From: Sinomonas sp.
GTDB lineage: Bacteria; Actinomycetota; Actinomycetes; Actinomycetales; Micrococcaceae
DNA: 63,452 bases
Reading direction: 5' to 3'
Assembly: GCF_051955515.1 (NCBI RefSeq)
Contig: NZ_JBQCGQ010000291.1
Span: 1 to 63,452 of the forward strand
The translations under genes were made by a program, and so were the position numbers. Shown piece after piece: positions 41,368 to 52,730 of the stretch (position 1 is its first letter; every line of letters starts with the position of its first letter). Below the pieces are notes generated by a model. The model was not told the DNA's origin. It worked only from the letters and a program-made list of their open reading frames with translations, and searched no databases.

Positions 41368-42744
41368 ATGAACGCTGGCGATACCGCCTGGGTCCTCGCC
41401 TCGGCAGCGCTCGTGCTGCTCATGACGCCCGGGCTTGCTTTCTTCTACGGCGGCATGACCCGCGCCAAGTCCGTGCTCAACATGATGATGATGAGCTTCG
41501 GAGCCATCGCGCTCGTCGGAGTCCTGTGGGCCACCGTGGGCTATTCGATGTCGTTCGGCACCGACGCATTCGGCGGCCTCATCGGCAACCTCGACAAGTT
41601 CGGCCTCCATGGCACTCTCTCCACCGGACAGGACATGTCGCTGGCCGGCACCATCCCTGAACTCGCCTTCGTCGGCTTCCAGGGCGTGTTCGCGATCATC
41701 ACGGTTGCGCTCATCTCCGGTTCGATCGCCGACCGGGCCAAGTTCGGTTCGTGGATGGTCTTCGCGGCCCTGTTCTCGGTCCTCGTCTACTTCCCGGTGG
41801 CGCACTGGGTGTTCGACGCCAACAAGGACGCGAACGGCAACTTCATCGGCGGCTGGCTCAACCACCTCGGCGTGATCGACTTCGCGGGTGGAACTGCTGT
41901 CCACATCAACGCCGGGGCGGCCGGTCTGGCCCTCGCGCTCGTCCTCGGCAAGCGCCGCGGCTTCGGCAAGGATCCGAACCACCGCCCGCACAACCTCCCG
42001 TTCGTGATGCTCGGCGCGGGCCTCCTCTGGTTCGGCTGGTTCGGCTTCAACGCGGGCTCGGCGCTCGCAGCCAACGGAACGGCGGCCTTCGCCTGGATCA
42101 ACACGCTCGTCGCACCGTGCGCCGCCGTCCTGGGCTGGCTCATCGTCGAGAAGATCCGCGACGGGCACGCAACTTCCCTTGGTGCTGCCTCCGGCGCCGT
42201 GGCGGGCCTCGTGGCGATCACGCCGGCCTGTGCAGCGATCTCCCCGCTCGCGGCCATCATCCTCGGCGTCCTCGCCGGCGCTGTCTGCGCCCTCGCCGTT
42301 GGCCTCAAGTACAAGTTCGGCTACGACGATTCGCTCGACGTGGTGGGCGTGCACCTCGTAGGCGGCATCGTCGGCACGCTGTTCATCGGTCTCGCGGCCA
42401 GCCCCGGCGCCCCCTCGGCAGGTCAGGGCCTGTTCTACGGCGGCGGCTTCGAGCTGCTCGGCAAGCAGGCGATCGGCGCCGGCACCGTCCTCGGGTACTC
42501 GTTCGTCCTCTCGCTCGTGATCGGCCTCATCATCAAGGCGACGATGGGTTTCCGAGTCTCCACGGAGGCCGAGGAAGCCGGTGTCGACATCGCGCTCCAC
42601 GCCGAGACCGCGTACTCCTCGACGGCATCTGGCGGCAACGGCTTCCACCCCTTGGGTGCCAAGGGCGCCGCAGACGAGATCTCCGGGTTCAACGCGGACG
42701 ATCTGCTCACCGAGTCCACCAAGGCAGGGAAGGTCACTTCATGA
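41368..42744 (+). CDS. amtB: ammonium transporter, copy 1 (twin-His)
   Basis: PGLAFFYGG, DFAGGTAVH, WFGWFGFN, DDSLDVVGVH. Confidence 0.97.
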   Translation: MNAGDTAWVLASAALVLLMTPGLAFFYGGMTRAKSVLNMMMMSFGAIALVGVLWATVGYSMSFGTDAFGGLIGNLDKFGLHGTLSTGQDMSLAGTIPELAFVGFQGVFAIITVALISGSIADRAKFGSWMVFAALFSVLVYFPVAHWVFDANKDANGNFIGGWLNHLGVIDFAGGTAVHINAGAAGLALALVLGKRRGFGKDPNHRPHNLPFVMLGAGLLWFGWFGFNAGSALAANGTAAFAWINTLVAPCAAVLGWLIVEKIRDGHATSLGAASGAVAGLVAITPACAAISPLAAIILGVLAGAVCALAVGLKYKFGYDDSLDVVGVHLVGGIVGTLFIGLAASPGAPSAGQGLFYGGGFELLGKQAIGAGTVLGYSFVLSLVIGLIIKATMGFRVSTEAEEAGVDIALHAETAYSSTASGGNGFHPLGAKGAADEISGFNADDLLTESTKAGKVTS

Positions 42745-43079
42745 AGCTCATCACCGCGATCGTCCGGCCCGAGAAGCTCGACGCGATCCGAGAAGGCCTC
42801 GAGTCCTACGGGGTCCAGGGCCTGACCGTCAGCACGGCGAGCGGCTACGGCCAGCAGCGCGGCTACACCGAGGTGTACCGCGGCGCGGAATACAGCGTGG
42901 ACCTCCTCCCCAAGGTCAGGGTCGAGATCCTCGCGACCGACGAGCAGACTGACGACATCCTCGACGTCATCATCACGACGGCCAACACCGGCCGCGCCGG
43001 CGATGGCAAGGTCTGGACGGTCGACGTCCACGAGGCCATCCGGGTCAGGACCGGCGAGCGCGGGGCAGCCGCGATCTAG
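42741..43079 (+). CDS. glnK: P-II nitrogen regulator, copy 1
   Basis: MKLITAIVRP, YRGAEY T-loop, GDGKVW, RVRTGERG. Confidence 0.95.
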   Translation: MKLITAIVRPEKLDAIREGLESYGVQGLTVSTASGYGQQRGYTEVYRGAEYSVDLLPKVRVEILATDEQTDDILDVIITTANTGRAGDGKVWTVDVHEAIRVRTGERGAAAI

Positions 43080-43098
43080 CCAGCCCACCCAGGCAGGG

Positions 43099-43136
43099 AG
43101 CGGACGACGGCGGGAGGCACCGCCGTCGTCCGCTTT
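43099..43136 (+). terminator. hairpin after glnK1
   Basis: AGCGGACGACGGCGG-loop-CCGCCGTCGTCCGCT followed by TT. Confidence 0.75.
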
Positions 43137-43171
43137 CCGCAGGCCTGACAACCGGCGGAAACCGCCACCAG

Positions 43172-43278
43172 GAAACACGGCGTTAACACGCCGGTGACGG
43201 ACTCTTAACGTCCGTGGCTCTGTTGTAACACTGGGGCAACATGGGTGCTCGACGTTGGAAACACCGCGGGAGGAATCT
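43172..43278 (+). promoter_or_regulatory. GlnR-type box array and promoter of amt2
   Basis: GAAAC-n6-TTAAC-n6-GTGAC-n6-TTAAC, GTAAC-n6-GCAAC, GAAAC, GAATCT; same spacing as copy 1, offset 1999 bp. Confidence 0.75.
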
Positions 43279-43316
43279 GGAAGACGACCGTTTCCCCCTC
43301 GGAAGGCCCACGACCC

Positions 43317-44723
43317 ATGAATGCTGGCGACACCGCCTGGGTACTCGTCTCCGCAGCGCTCGTGCTGCTCATGTCGCCCGGACTCGCGATCTTCTACGGC
43401 GGCATGACCCGCGTGAAGTCCATGCTCAACATGATGATGATGAGCTTTGGCGCCCTCGCGATCGTCGGCGTCCTCTGGGTCACGGTCGGATACTCGATCT
43501 CGTTCGGAGATGACGCGTTCGGCGGCCTGTTCGGAAACCCGTTCGAGTTCTGGGGTCTCCACGGTCTCCTGTCGACCGGGAGGGACATGCCGCTCGTCGG
43601 GAGCATCCCGGAGATCGTGTTCGTGGGCTTCCAGGGTGTCTTCGCGACCGTCACGGTTGCGCTCGTATCCGGCGCGATTGCCGACCGTGCGAAGTTCGGC
43701 TCCTGGATGGTGTTCGCCGCACTGTGGGGCGTCCTTGTGTACTTCCCGGTCGCGCATTGGGTGTTCGACGCGAAGTCAGACTCCCACGGCACGTTCATCG
43801 GCGGCTGGCTGAACCACCTTGGGCTCATCGACTTCGCCGGCGGCACGGCCGTCGAGGTGAACGCCGGCGCTGCCGGCCTCGCGCTGGCCATTGTCCTCGG
43901 GAAGCGTCTCGGCTTCGGCAAGGACCCCAACCACCGCCCGCACAACCTTCCCCTCGTGATGCTGGGCTGTGGCCTCCTCTGGTTCGGCTGGTTCGGCTTC
44001 AACGCCGGTTCGGCCCTCGCGGCAAACGGCACCGCGGGCTTTGTCTGGATCAACACCCTCGTGGCACCGTGCGCCGCCGTGCTCAGCTGGCTCGTCGTCG
44101 AGAAGGTCCGCGACGGTCACGCCACGTCCTTCGGGGCGGCTTCCGGCGCCATCGCCGGGTTGGTCGCCATCACGCCGTCCTGCGCCTCCCTGACGCCGCT
44201 GTGGGCCATCGTCCTCGGCCTCGTCGCGGGAACTGTCTGTGCGCTCGCCGTCGGCCTCAAGTACAGGTTCGGCTACGACGATTCGCTCGACGTGGTGGGC
44301 GTGCACCTTGTGGGCGGCATCGTGGGGACGCTCTTCATCGGCCTCGCCGCGAGCCCTGCTGCTCCAGTCGCCGGCCGTGGCCTCTTCTACGGCGGCGGCC
44401 TCGAGCTCCTCGGCAAGCAGGCCGTCGGGACCGGAGCCGTGCTGGTCTACTCGTTCGCGGTCTCCATCGCGCTCGGCCTCGTCATCAAGGCGGTCATGGG
44501 CTTCCGGGTCTCGGCCGACGTCGAAGAAGCGGGGGTCGACATCGCGATCCACGCCGAGACCGCGTACCACTCCGGTTCGTCCTCGGCCGGCGGATTCCAT
44601 CCGCTCGCGGCGAAGCTCCCCATCGCCCACCTGCAGGGACCGGTTCACCCCCACGACGGCGTCGGCGAGTCTGCTGGGCGGGAGCTCGTCGACGCGCGCG
44701 GCACGGCTACAGTTTCCTCGTGA
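43317..44723 (+). CDS. amtB: ammonium transporter, copy 2 (Glu-His variant)
   Basis: Close paralog of copy 1; DFAGGTAVE replaces DFAGGTAVH. Confidence 0.95.
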   Translation: MNAGDTAWVLVSAALVLLMSPGLAIFYGGMTRVKSMLNMMMMSFGALAIVGVLWVTVGYSISFGDDAFGGLFGNPFEFWGLHGLLSTGRDMPLVGSIPEIVFVGFQGVFATVTVALVSGAIADRAKFGSWMVFAALWGVLVYFPVAHWVFDAKSDSHGTFIGGWLNHLGLIDFAGGTAVEVNAGAAGLALAIVLGKRLGFGKDPNHRPHNLPLVMLGCGLLWFGWFGFNAGSALAANGTAGFVWINTLVAPCAAVLSWLVVEKVRDGHATSFGAASGAIAGLVAITPSCASLTPLWAIVLGLVAGTVCALAVGLKYRFGYDDSLDVVGVHLVGGIVGTLFIGLAASPAAPVAGRGLFYGGGLELLGKQAVGTGAVLVYSFAVSIALGLVIKAVMGFRVSADVEEAGVDIAIHAETAYHSGSSSAGGFHPLAAKLPIAHLQGPVHPHDGVGESAGRELVDARGTATVSS

Positions 44724-45058
44724 AGTTGATTACTGCGATCGTCCGTCCCGAAAAGCTTGATGCGATCCGGGAGGGCCTCGAGTCCTACGGGGTGCAAGGC
44801 CTCACCGTGACGAAGGCGAGCGGCTACGGACGCCAGCGCGGCTACACGCAGGTGTATCGCGGCGCCGAATACACCGTGGATCTCCTGCCGAAGATCCGAG
44901 TGGAGATCCTCGCGGCGGACGAGCAGACCGAAGACATCCTCGACGTCATCGTTGCGGCCGCCAACACTGGCCAAGCCGGGGACGGCAAGGTCTGGACAGT
45001 CCAAGTCGACGACGTGGTACGCGTCCGGACCGGTGAGCGCGGATCGGACGCTATCTGA
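44720..45058 (+). CDS. glnK: P-II nitrogen regulator, copy 2
   Basis: GTG start overlapping the amt2 stop; YRGAEY, GDGKVW, RVRTGERG. Confidence 0.95.
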   Translation: MKLITAIVRPEKLDAIREGLESYGVQGLTVTKASGYGRQRGYTQVYRGAEYTVDLLPKIRVEILAADEQTEDILDVIVAAANTGQAGDGKVWTVQVDDVVRVRTGERGSDAI

Positions 45059-46544
45059 CGCCCTCGTCCCTGCCGACTTCCGTCCCGTCCGCCTCGAGCG
45101 ACGAGGTGGCCCACCTCTCCGGTCCCATGCTTCCTGCCGGGTAGGTCTCCATGGGCACCTTGTCCGCGGCCCACGCTGAGAGCACGGGGTCCACCACCCG
45201 CCAGCAGCTCTCCGCGGTGTCCCCGCGCACCGAGAGCAGGGGATCGCCGCTCAGCACGCCGTCAAGAACCTCGCCGTACGGGAGGAGGTCCGTGGCGCTG
45301 AGGTCTGCGTCGAGCGTGACGCGATTGAGGGTGAGGACGTCTCCCGGTCCATTGACGTCGACGTCGAGCTGGAGGACGTCGGGGCCGAAGCCGATGCGCA
45401 GGCGGTTCGGCTCGTCCACGCCGATGAATCCCTCGGGAAGATGGGGAACCGGCTTGAACGTGATGACTGCTTCCTTCCGCTTCGCTCCGAGCGCCTTCCC
45501 CGACCGAAGGACGAAGGGGACCCCCGCCCAGCGCCAAGTGGCGAGCGTGACGGTGATCTCCGCGAGCGTCTCAGTTCCCCTCGCGGCCTCGACGCCCGAT
45601 TCCGCGGTGTAGTCCGGTACCTCGCGGTTCCCGATGCGGCCGGCGGTGTACCGGGCACGGCGCGTCGTCTCGGCGAACGGCTCCTCGACTCGGGCGGCCC
45701 GGAGAACGGCACTGATCTGGTCCCGCAGATCGCGCTCGTCGAGTCGCGCCGGCGTTTCCATGGCGAGGATCGCCATGACATGGAGCAGGTGGCTTTGGAT
45801 CATGTCCCGCAGGGCGCCCGCGCGGTCGTAGTAGCCGGCGCGTCCCTCGAGCGTGAGGTCTTCGTCGAAGAAGATCTCGACCTTCTCGATGTGGTCTCGG
45901 TTCCATACCGGCTCGAGGAAGTTGTTGGCGAACCGCAGCCCGAGGATGTTCAGGACCGTGCCCTTTCCCAGGAAATGGTCCACACGGTGGATCTGCTGCT
46001 CGGGAACGAGCGCGCGGAGGGTCTCGTTCAGCGACTCGGCCGAGGACTCGGAGGTGCCGAACGGCTTCTCGAGCACAAAGCGGGTTCCTGGCGGGAGGTC
46101 GGCGGGGGAGAGGACCTCGCAGGCCTTCTCCGTGATCTGGGGCGGGAGGGCGAAGTAGACCGCGACGGGCGACGGCAGTGCCTCGAGAAACCGCGCGAGG
46201 ACCCCCGGAGCCGTGACGTCCAGCTGCTGGTACGTGGATTCGCGGCGGACGCGCTCCAGTTCCTGGCGCCCCTCTGGGGTGGCTTCGGCCAGCGCCCCCT
46301 CCGTCGCGTCATGGACGCGCGCGGCCCACTGCTGCTCGGTCCAGTTCTCGTGGCCGGCTCCCATGACGGAGAGGCCGGCGTGCCGCCCTGTCGCGAGAAG
46401 CCGGGCCAACCCGGGGAACAGGAGGCGTCCCGTGAGGTCCCCGGACGCGCCGAGAATGAGGAGGGTTCGGACCTGTCCCCGTCGCCGATCCGGCTCGGAA
46501 GTCGGTGAGGGGGCGGGCTTCGGATCTGAGGTCTGGGTCGTCAC
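45051..46544 (-). CDS. zwf: glucose-6-phosphate dehydrogenase; start uncertain
   Basis: GASGDL, EKPFG, RVDHFLGK, RDMIQSHL, WAGVPFVLRSGK. Confidence 0.94.
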   Translation of the reverse strand: MTTQTSDPKPAPSPTSEPDRRRGQVRTLLILGASGDLTGRLLFPGLARLLATGRHAGLSVMGAGHENWTEQQWAARVHDATEGALAEATPEGRQELERVRRESTYQQLDVTAPGVLARFLEALPSPVAVYFALPPQITEKACEVLSPADLPPGTRFVLEKPFGTSESSAESLNETLRALVPEQQIHRVDHFLGKGTVLNILGLRFANNFLEPVWNRDHIEKVEIFFDEDLTLEGRAGYYDRAGALRDMIQSHLLHVMAILAMETPARLDERDLRDQISAVLRAARVEEPFAETTRRARYTAGRIGNREVPDYTAESGVEAARGTETLAEITVTLATWRWAGVPFVLRSGKALGAKRKEAVITFKPVPHLPEGFIGVDEPNRLRIGFGPDVLQLDVDVNGPGDVLTLNRVTLDADLSATDLLPYGEVLDGVLSGDPLLSVRGDTAESCWRVVDPVLSAWAADKVPMETYPAGSMGPERWATSSLEADGTEVGRDEGVR

Positions 46545-46644
46545 GGTGCCCAGCATGCCACCGCCCACGTGCCGTTGATACCCTTGGGAATGGCAGATCC
46601 GCCGATTGGCGGGCAACTCACAGGACTGAAAGCGACTCCGTCAC

Positions 46645-48225
46645 GTGTTCAACTCCCTCTCGGACCGTCTGACTGCGACGTTCAAGAATCTCCGCGGCAA
46701 GGGCCGCCTGAGCGAGGCCGACGTCGACGCAACCGTCCGCGAGATCCGCCGCGCTCTCCTCGACGCCGACGTAGCGGTTCCCGTCGTGCGCGATTTCGCG
46801 GCGCGCGTCCGCGAGCGGGCTCTCGGCGCGGAGGTGGCCGCCGCGCTGAATCCGAGCCAGCAGGTCGTCAAGATCGTCAATGACGAACTCGTGAACATCC
46901 TCGGCGGCGAGACGCGGCGCATTCGGCTCGCGAAGAACCCGCCCACCGTCATCATGCTCGCCGGTCTGCAGGGTGCCGGCAAGACCACGCTCGCGGGCAA
47001 GCTGGCCAAATGGCTCAAGGGCCAGGGCCACTCGCCCATCCTCGTCGCCGCGGATCTTCAGCGTCCGAACGCCGTCACGCAGCTTCAGGTCGTGGGGCAG
47101 CGAGCCGGCGTCCCCGTGTACGCCCCGCACCCTGGCGTCCAGTCCGAGTTCGAGGCTGCCAGCGGGGATCCGGTCGGCGTTGCCCGCGGAGGCGTCGAGG
47201 AGGCCCGCCGCAAGCTGCACGACGTGGTCATCGTCGACACGGCCGGACGCCTCGGCATCGACGCCGAACTGATGCAGCAGGCGGCGGACATCCGTTCCGC
47301 CGTCAATCCCGACGAAGTCCTGTTCGTCATCGACGCGATGATCGGCCAGGACGCCGTCAACACCGCGAAGGCCTTCGAGGAGGGCGTCGACTTCACCGGC
47401 GTCGTCCTCACCAAGCTCGACGGCGATGCCCGCGGCGGCGCCGCCCTCTCGGTGGCCTCGGTGACCGGTCGTCCCGTCATGTTCGCCTCCACGGGCGAGG
47501 GCCTGGACGACTTCGAGCTGTTCCACCCGGACCGGATGGCATCGCGCATCCTCGACATGGGCGATGTCATGACGCTCATCGAGCAGGCCGAGAAGAACTG
47601 GGACCGGGACGAAGCCGCTCGGATGGCGAAGAAGTTCGCCGACCAGGAGGACTTCACGCTCGAGGACTTCCTGACCCAGATGCAGCAGATCCGCAAGATG
47701 GGCTCGATGAAGAAGCTCCTCGGCATGATGCCGGGTGCGGCCCAGTTCCGCCAGCAGCTCGAGCAGTTCGACGAGCGCGAGATCGATCGCGTCGAAGCCA
47801 TCGTCCGGTCGATGACGCCGCACGAGCGGGTGGCGCCCAAGATCATCAATGGCTCGCGTCGCGCCCGCATTGCCCGCGGCTCCGGCGTCCACGTCTCCGA
47901 GGTCAACGGCCTGCTCGAGCGGTTCGGCCAAGCCCAGAAGATGATGCGCAAGATGGCGCAGGGCGGTGGAATCCCGGGAATGCCGGGGATGCCCGGCATG
48001 GGCGGAGGATCGCGGAAGCCCGCCGGCAAGAATGGCAAGAAGAAGGCCCGCTCGGGCAACCCGGCGAAGGCGGCGCAGCAGCTGCGCGAGGCGGAGCAGC
48101 GGCGTGCAGCCGGCGCCGCGAACGCAGCCAAGTCCGGCTCCGCGTTCGGCCAGCAGGAGCCGTCCGACTTCGACCCGGCGTCCCTGAACCTTCCGAAGGG
48201 CTTCGAGAAGTTCCTCGGCAAGTAA
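46645..48225 (+). CDS. ffh: signal recognition particle protein
   Basis: GLQGAGKTT, DTAGR, TKLDGDARGG, Met-rich M domain. Confidence 0.98.
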   Translation: MFNSLSDRLTATFKNLRGKGRLSEADVDATVREIRRALLDADVAVPVVRDFAARVRERALGAEVAAALNPSQQVVKIVNDELVNILGGETRRIRLAKNPPTVIMLAGLQGAGKTTLAGKLAKWLKGQGHSPILVAADLQRPNAVTQLQVVGQRAGVPVYAPHPGVQSEFEAASGDPVGVARGGVEEARRKLHDVVIVDTAGRLGIDAELMQQAADIRSAVNPDEVLFVIDAMIGQDAVNTAKAFEEGVDFTGVVLTKLDGDARGGAALSVASVTGRPVMFASTGEGLDDFELFHPDRMASRILDMGDVMTLIEQAEKNWDRDEAARMAKKFADQEDFTLEDFLTQMQQIRKMGSMKKLLGMMPGAAQFRQQLEQFDEREIDRVEAIVRSMTPHERVAPKIINGSRRARIARGSGVHVSEVNGLLERFGQAQKMMRKMAQGGGIPGMPGMPGMGGGSRKPAGKNGKKKARSGNPAKAAQQLREAEQRRAAGAANAAKSGSAFGQQEPSDFDPASLNLPKGFEKFLGK

Positions 48226-48252
48226 CCGTCTGGCACCCCCGCGCGCACCCCT

Positions 48253-48335
48253 CTCCGCCGAGGTCGGGTCGTGTGGCGCCGAGGTCGGGTCGTCTGCCGC
48301 CGAGATCGGGGCTTCTCGCCCCGACCTCGGCGGAG
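48253..48335. repeat. gene-less 21-bp-repeat element with 16-bp terminal inverted repeats (REP/MITE-like), probably also a bidirectional terminator
   Basis: ctcc-gccgaggtcgggtcgtgtggc-gccgaggtcgggtcgtctgcc-gccgagatcggggc-ttctc-gccccgacctcggcggag, between convergent ffh and thiC. Confidence 0.85.
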
Positions 48336-48339
48336 CAAC

Positions 48340-50214
<1,875 letters not shown>

Positions 50215-50258
50215 ACAGTCACGCAGGCTAGCACGACAGCCGGAATATTCCTGCTTGA

Positions 50259-50270
50259 TTGAAGCTTCAA
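50259..50270. promoter_or_regulatory. perfect palindrome, putative repressor operator for the VOC gene
   Basis: TTGAAGCTTCAA in an AT-rich promoter region. Confidence 0.5.
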
Positions 50271-50313
50271 GTAAATGTACGATGGATGACAACACCAGAT
50301 CCGAGGAGCAGCC

Positions 50314-51204
50314 ATGACCACACCATCCAGCTTGTCGGCGTCGAGCCAAGATCTCCTGCCCGCGGACCTGAGCATGGGCACGGTCATGCTCAAGGTCGGG
50401 GACATGAAACTCATGCTGGACTACTACCAGCGAGCCTTGGGCCTCGTGCCGATCTCCGAGTCGCTCGGCGGCGTGTACCTGGGACGCAAGGGCCTTCCGA
50501 TCATTCACCTCAGCCCTGCTGCCGGACTGCAGATCCCCGGGCGAGGAGAGGCCGGGCTGTTCCACACGGCGATCCTGTTCGAGAATCGATCTGATCTGGC
50601 AGCCACGGTCGCGACGGCCGCCCAGTATGACCCGCGCCTCTTCGCGGGGAGCGCCGACCACCTTGTCTCCGAGGCCTTCTATTTCACCGACCCCGAAGGC
50701 AACGGCGTCGAACTGTATTTCGACAAGCCGCGCAGCACCTGGGAATGGCATGGCGACCAGGTCGTCATGGACAGCCTTCCGCTTCCCCCGCGGGGCTTCC
50801 TCCAGGCGAACCTCACCGAAGAAGCGGTGACTTTCCAGACCGAGTCGGGTGCCGGCGTCGGCCATGTGCACCTCCAGGTCGGTGACGTTCCCACCGCGCA
50901 CCGCTTCTACGTGGACACTCTCGGATTCGAGCAGACCGCGGGGTGGCATGGGCAGGCCCTCTTCGTCGCTGCGGGGAAGTATCACCACCACATGTCGTTG
51001 ATCGTGTGGAACAGCCGCGGGGCCGGGCCGCGCAAGGACACGCTGGGCCTCGGCGAGGTCCTCATCCACCTTCCGGGCGACGACGATCTCCTCGCCGCGG
51101 CGGACCGCCTGAAGTCTGCCGGAGTTGCCACCGAGCACACAGGGCTCGAGCTCCGGTTCGAGGACCCGTGGCGGAACAGGATCCGTCTGGCAGTGGAGCG
51201 CTGA
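50314..51204 (+). CDS. VOC/glyoxalase family protein (CatE-like)
   Basis: GLFHTAI, ADHLVSEAFYFTDPEGNGVELY, GHVHLQV, YHHH. Confidence 0.9.
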   Translation: MTTPSSLSASSQDLLPADLSMGTVMLKVGDMKLMLDYYQRALGLVPISESLGGVYLGRKGLPIIHLSPAAGLQIPGRGEAGLFHTAILFENRSDLAATVATAAQYDPRLFAGSADHLVSEAFYFTDPEGNGVELYFDKPRSTWEWHGDQVVMDSLPLPPRGFLQANLTEEAVTFQTESGAGVGHVHLQVGDVPTAHRFYVDTLGFEQTAGWHGQALFVAAGKYHHHMSLIVWNSRGAGPRKDTLGLGEVLIHLPGDDDLLAAADRLKSAGVATEHTGLELRFEDPWRNRIRLAVER

Positions 51205-51339
51205 CCCGCGCTTCGTGGCAGCCCGTTCCCTCCTGCGCTACGCTCAACGTGTCCGCGGGCCCCGCGGGCACGTTGTCCGTTCAGCAGTCCGTCGCAGGGG
51301 CTGGCCTGGCCCCGCGCCCGCCCGATCGAGGGGGATCCC

Positions 51340-51801
51340 GTGTCAGCTCCCAACCCGTTCGCCGAAGTATTCGTCTCAACCCACTCCGACGCGCTCCGCA
51401 GGGCCGCGGACCTCGACGCCGGCTCCGCTTCCGACGTCGATGGCGAGGGGGTGCGCATCCCGGGCGTCTCGGACTATGAGATCGAGCAGCTAGGAGGACT
51501 GGTGGGGGCAGCGGTGCACGCTGCGGGCGCCGACTACGAGCTCGTCATGGTGGACGTCGCCAGCGATACGCTTCTGGCGGTTCCGCCGGCCATGGTCCGC
51601 GCGCTCGCGGAGCTTCTCGCGTATGAGTCCGACGAAGGCGAGGGCGACGCCGTCGAGCGCGTCGCCGCGGCCTGGGTGGACCAGGAAGACCTGCCGTTCA
51701 ACGCCCAAGAGGCCTACGGATACGTCGAGCAGCTGGCCAAGCTTGCCGCTGACGTCGACGAATCGGACCAGCAGGAACTCTTCGTCTGGGCAGGCTCCTG
51801 A
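51340..51801 (+). CDS. acidic hypothetical protein
   Basis: GAGGGG RBS, typical high-GC codon usage, fills the gap between flanking genes. Confidence 0.75.
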   Translation: MSAPNPFAEVFVSTHSDALRRAADLDAGSASDVDGEGVRIPGVSDYEIEQLGGLVGAAVHAAGADYELVMVDVASDTLLAVPPAMVRALAELLAYESDEGEGDAVERVAAAWVDQEDLPFNAQEAYGYVEQLAKLAADVDESDQQELFVWAGS

Positions 51802-51983
51802 GCTCGGCCGCGTTGCAAATCGCAATGCCGCCGAAGCATCTGGCACAATAGACGGGTACCCGATCCGCGTGGCCCCTCTCTCCGCGCGCGTCGTGTCCAC
51901 CAGAACCGGCCCGAGTATGGCTCGCCCCACGGGTGCAGAAAGCGCGGGTTCGACCATTTGCAGAAACAGGAGTGACCACAACA

Positions 51984-52385
51984 GTGGCCGTTAAGATTCG
52001 TCTCAAGCGCTTCGGCAAGATGCGCCAGCCGTTCTACCGCATCGTCGTCGCGGACTCGCGTACCAAGCGCGATGGCCGTGCGATCGAAGAGATCGGCAAG
52101 TACCACCCAATCGAGGATCCCTCGTTCATCGAGGTCAACTCGGAGCGCGCCCAGTACTGGCTCTCCGTCGGCGCTCAGCCGACCGAGCAGGTGCTGGCGC
52201 TCCTCAAGGTCACCGGCGACTGGCAGAAGTTCAAGGGCCTCCCGGGTCAGGAAGGCACCCTCAAGGCTCCCAAGTCCAAGGCTGCGTTCGTTGCCCCTGA
52301 GAAGGACTCCGTGATCGTCCCCGAGGCGCCCAAGGCGTCGAAGGCTGCCGACGAGGCCCCCGCCGAGACGGCCGAGGCTGAGTAA
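51984..52385 (+). CDS. rpsP: 30S ribosomal protein S16
   Basis: [26 protein letters not shown]. Confidence 0.98.
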   Translation: MAVKIRLKRFGKMRQPFYRIVVADSRTKRDGRAIEEIGKYHPIEDPSFIEVNSERAQYWLSVGAQPTEQVLALLKVTGDWQKFKGLPGQEGTLKAPKSKAAFVAPEKDSVIVPEAPKASKAADEAPAETAEAE

Positions 52386-52386
52386 C

Positions 52387-52629
52387 TTGCTGGCCGACGC
52401 ACTCGAGCACCTCGTCCGCGGAATCGTGGACAACCCCGACGATGTCACCGTGGAGGCCAAGAGTGGCCGCCGGGGCGATATCCTCGAGGTCCGCGTCCAT
52501 CAGGACGATTTGGGCCGGGTGATCGGCCGACAGGGGCGAACGGCGCGTGCGCTCCGCACCGTCGTGGCGGCCCTGGCCGAGGGCGACGCGGTTCGTGTCG
52601 ACGTCGTCGACACCGACAGACGCCGCTGA
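52387..52629 (+). CDS. khpA: KH-domain RNA-binding protein
   Basis: DLGRVIGRQGRTARALR; located between rpsP and rimM. Confidence 0.92.
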   Translation: MLADALEHLVRGIVDNPDDVTVEAKSGRRGDILEVRVHQDDLGRVIGRQGRTARALRTVVAALAEGDAVRVDVVDTDRRR

Positions 52630-52648
52630 CCTCTGGCACACCAGCACG

Positions 52649-52693
52649 AGGCTCCGGCCCCTCCGCCGATAGGCTGAGGGGCCGGAGCCTTTT
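52649..52693 (+). terminator. intrinsic terminator
   Basis: AGGCTCCGGCCCCTC...GAGGGGCCGGAGCCT followed by a T run. Confidence 0.85.
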
Positions 52694-52730
52694 CTGTATG
52701 ACGAATTTGCGAGCACGATGAGAGGAAGAG

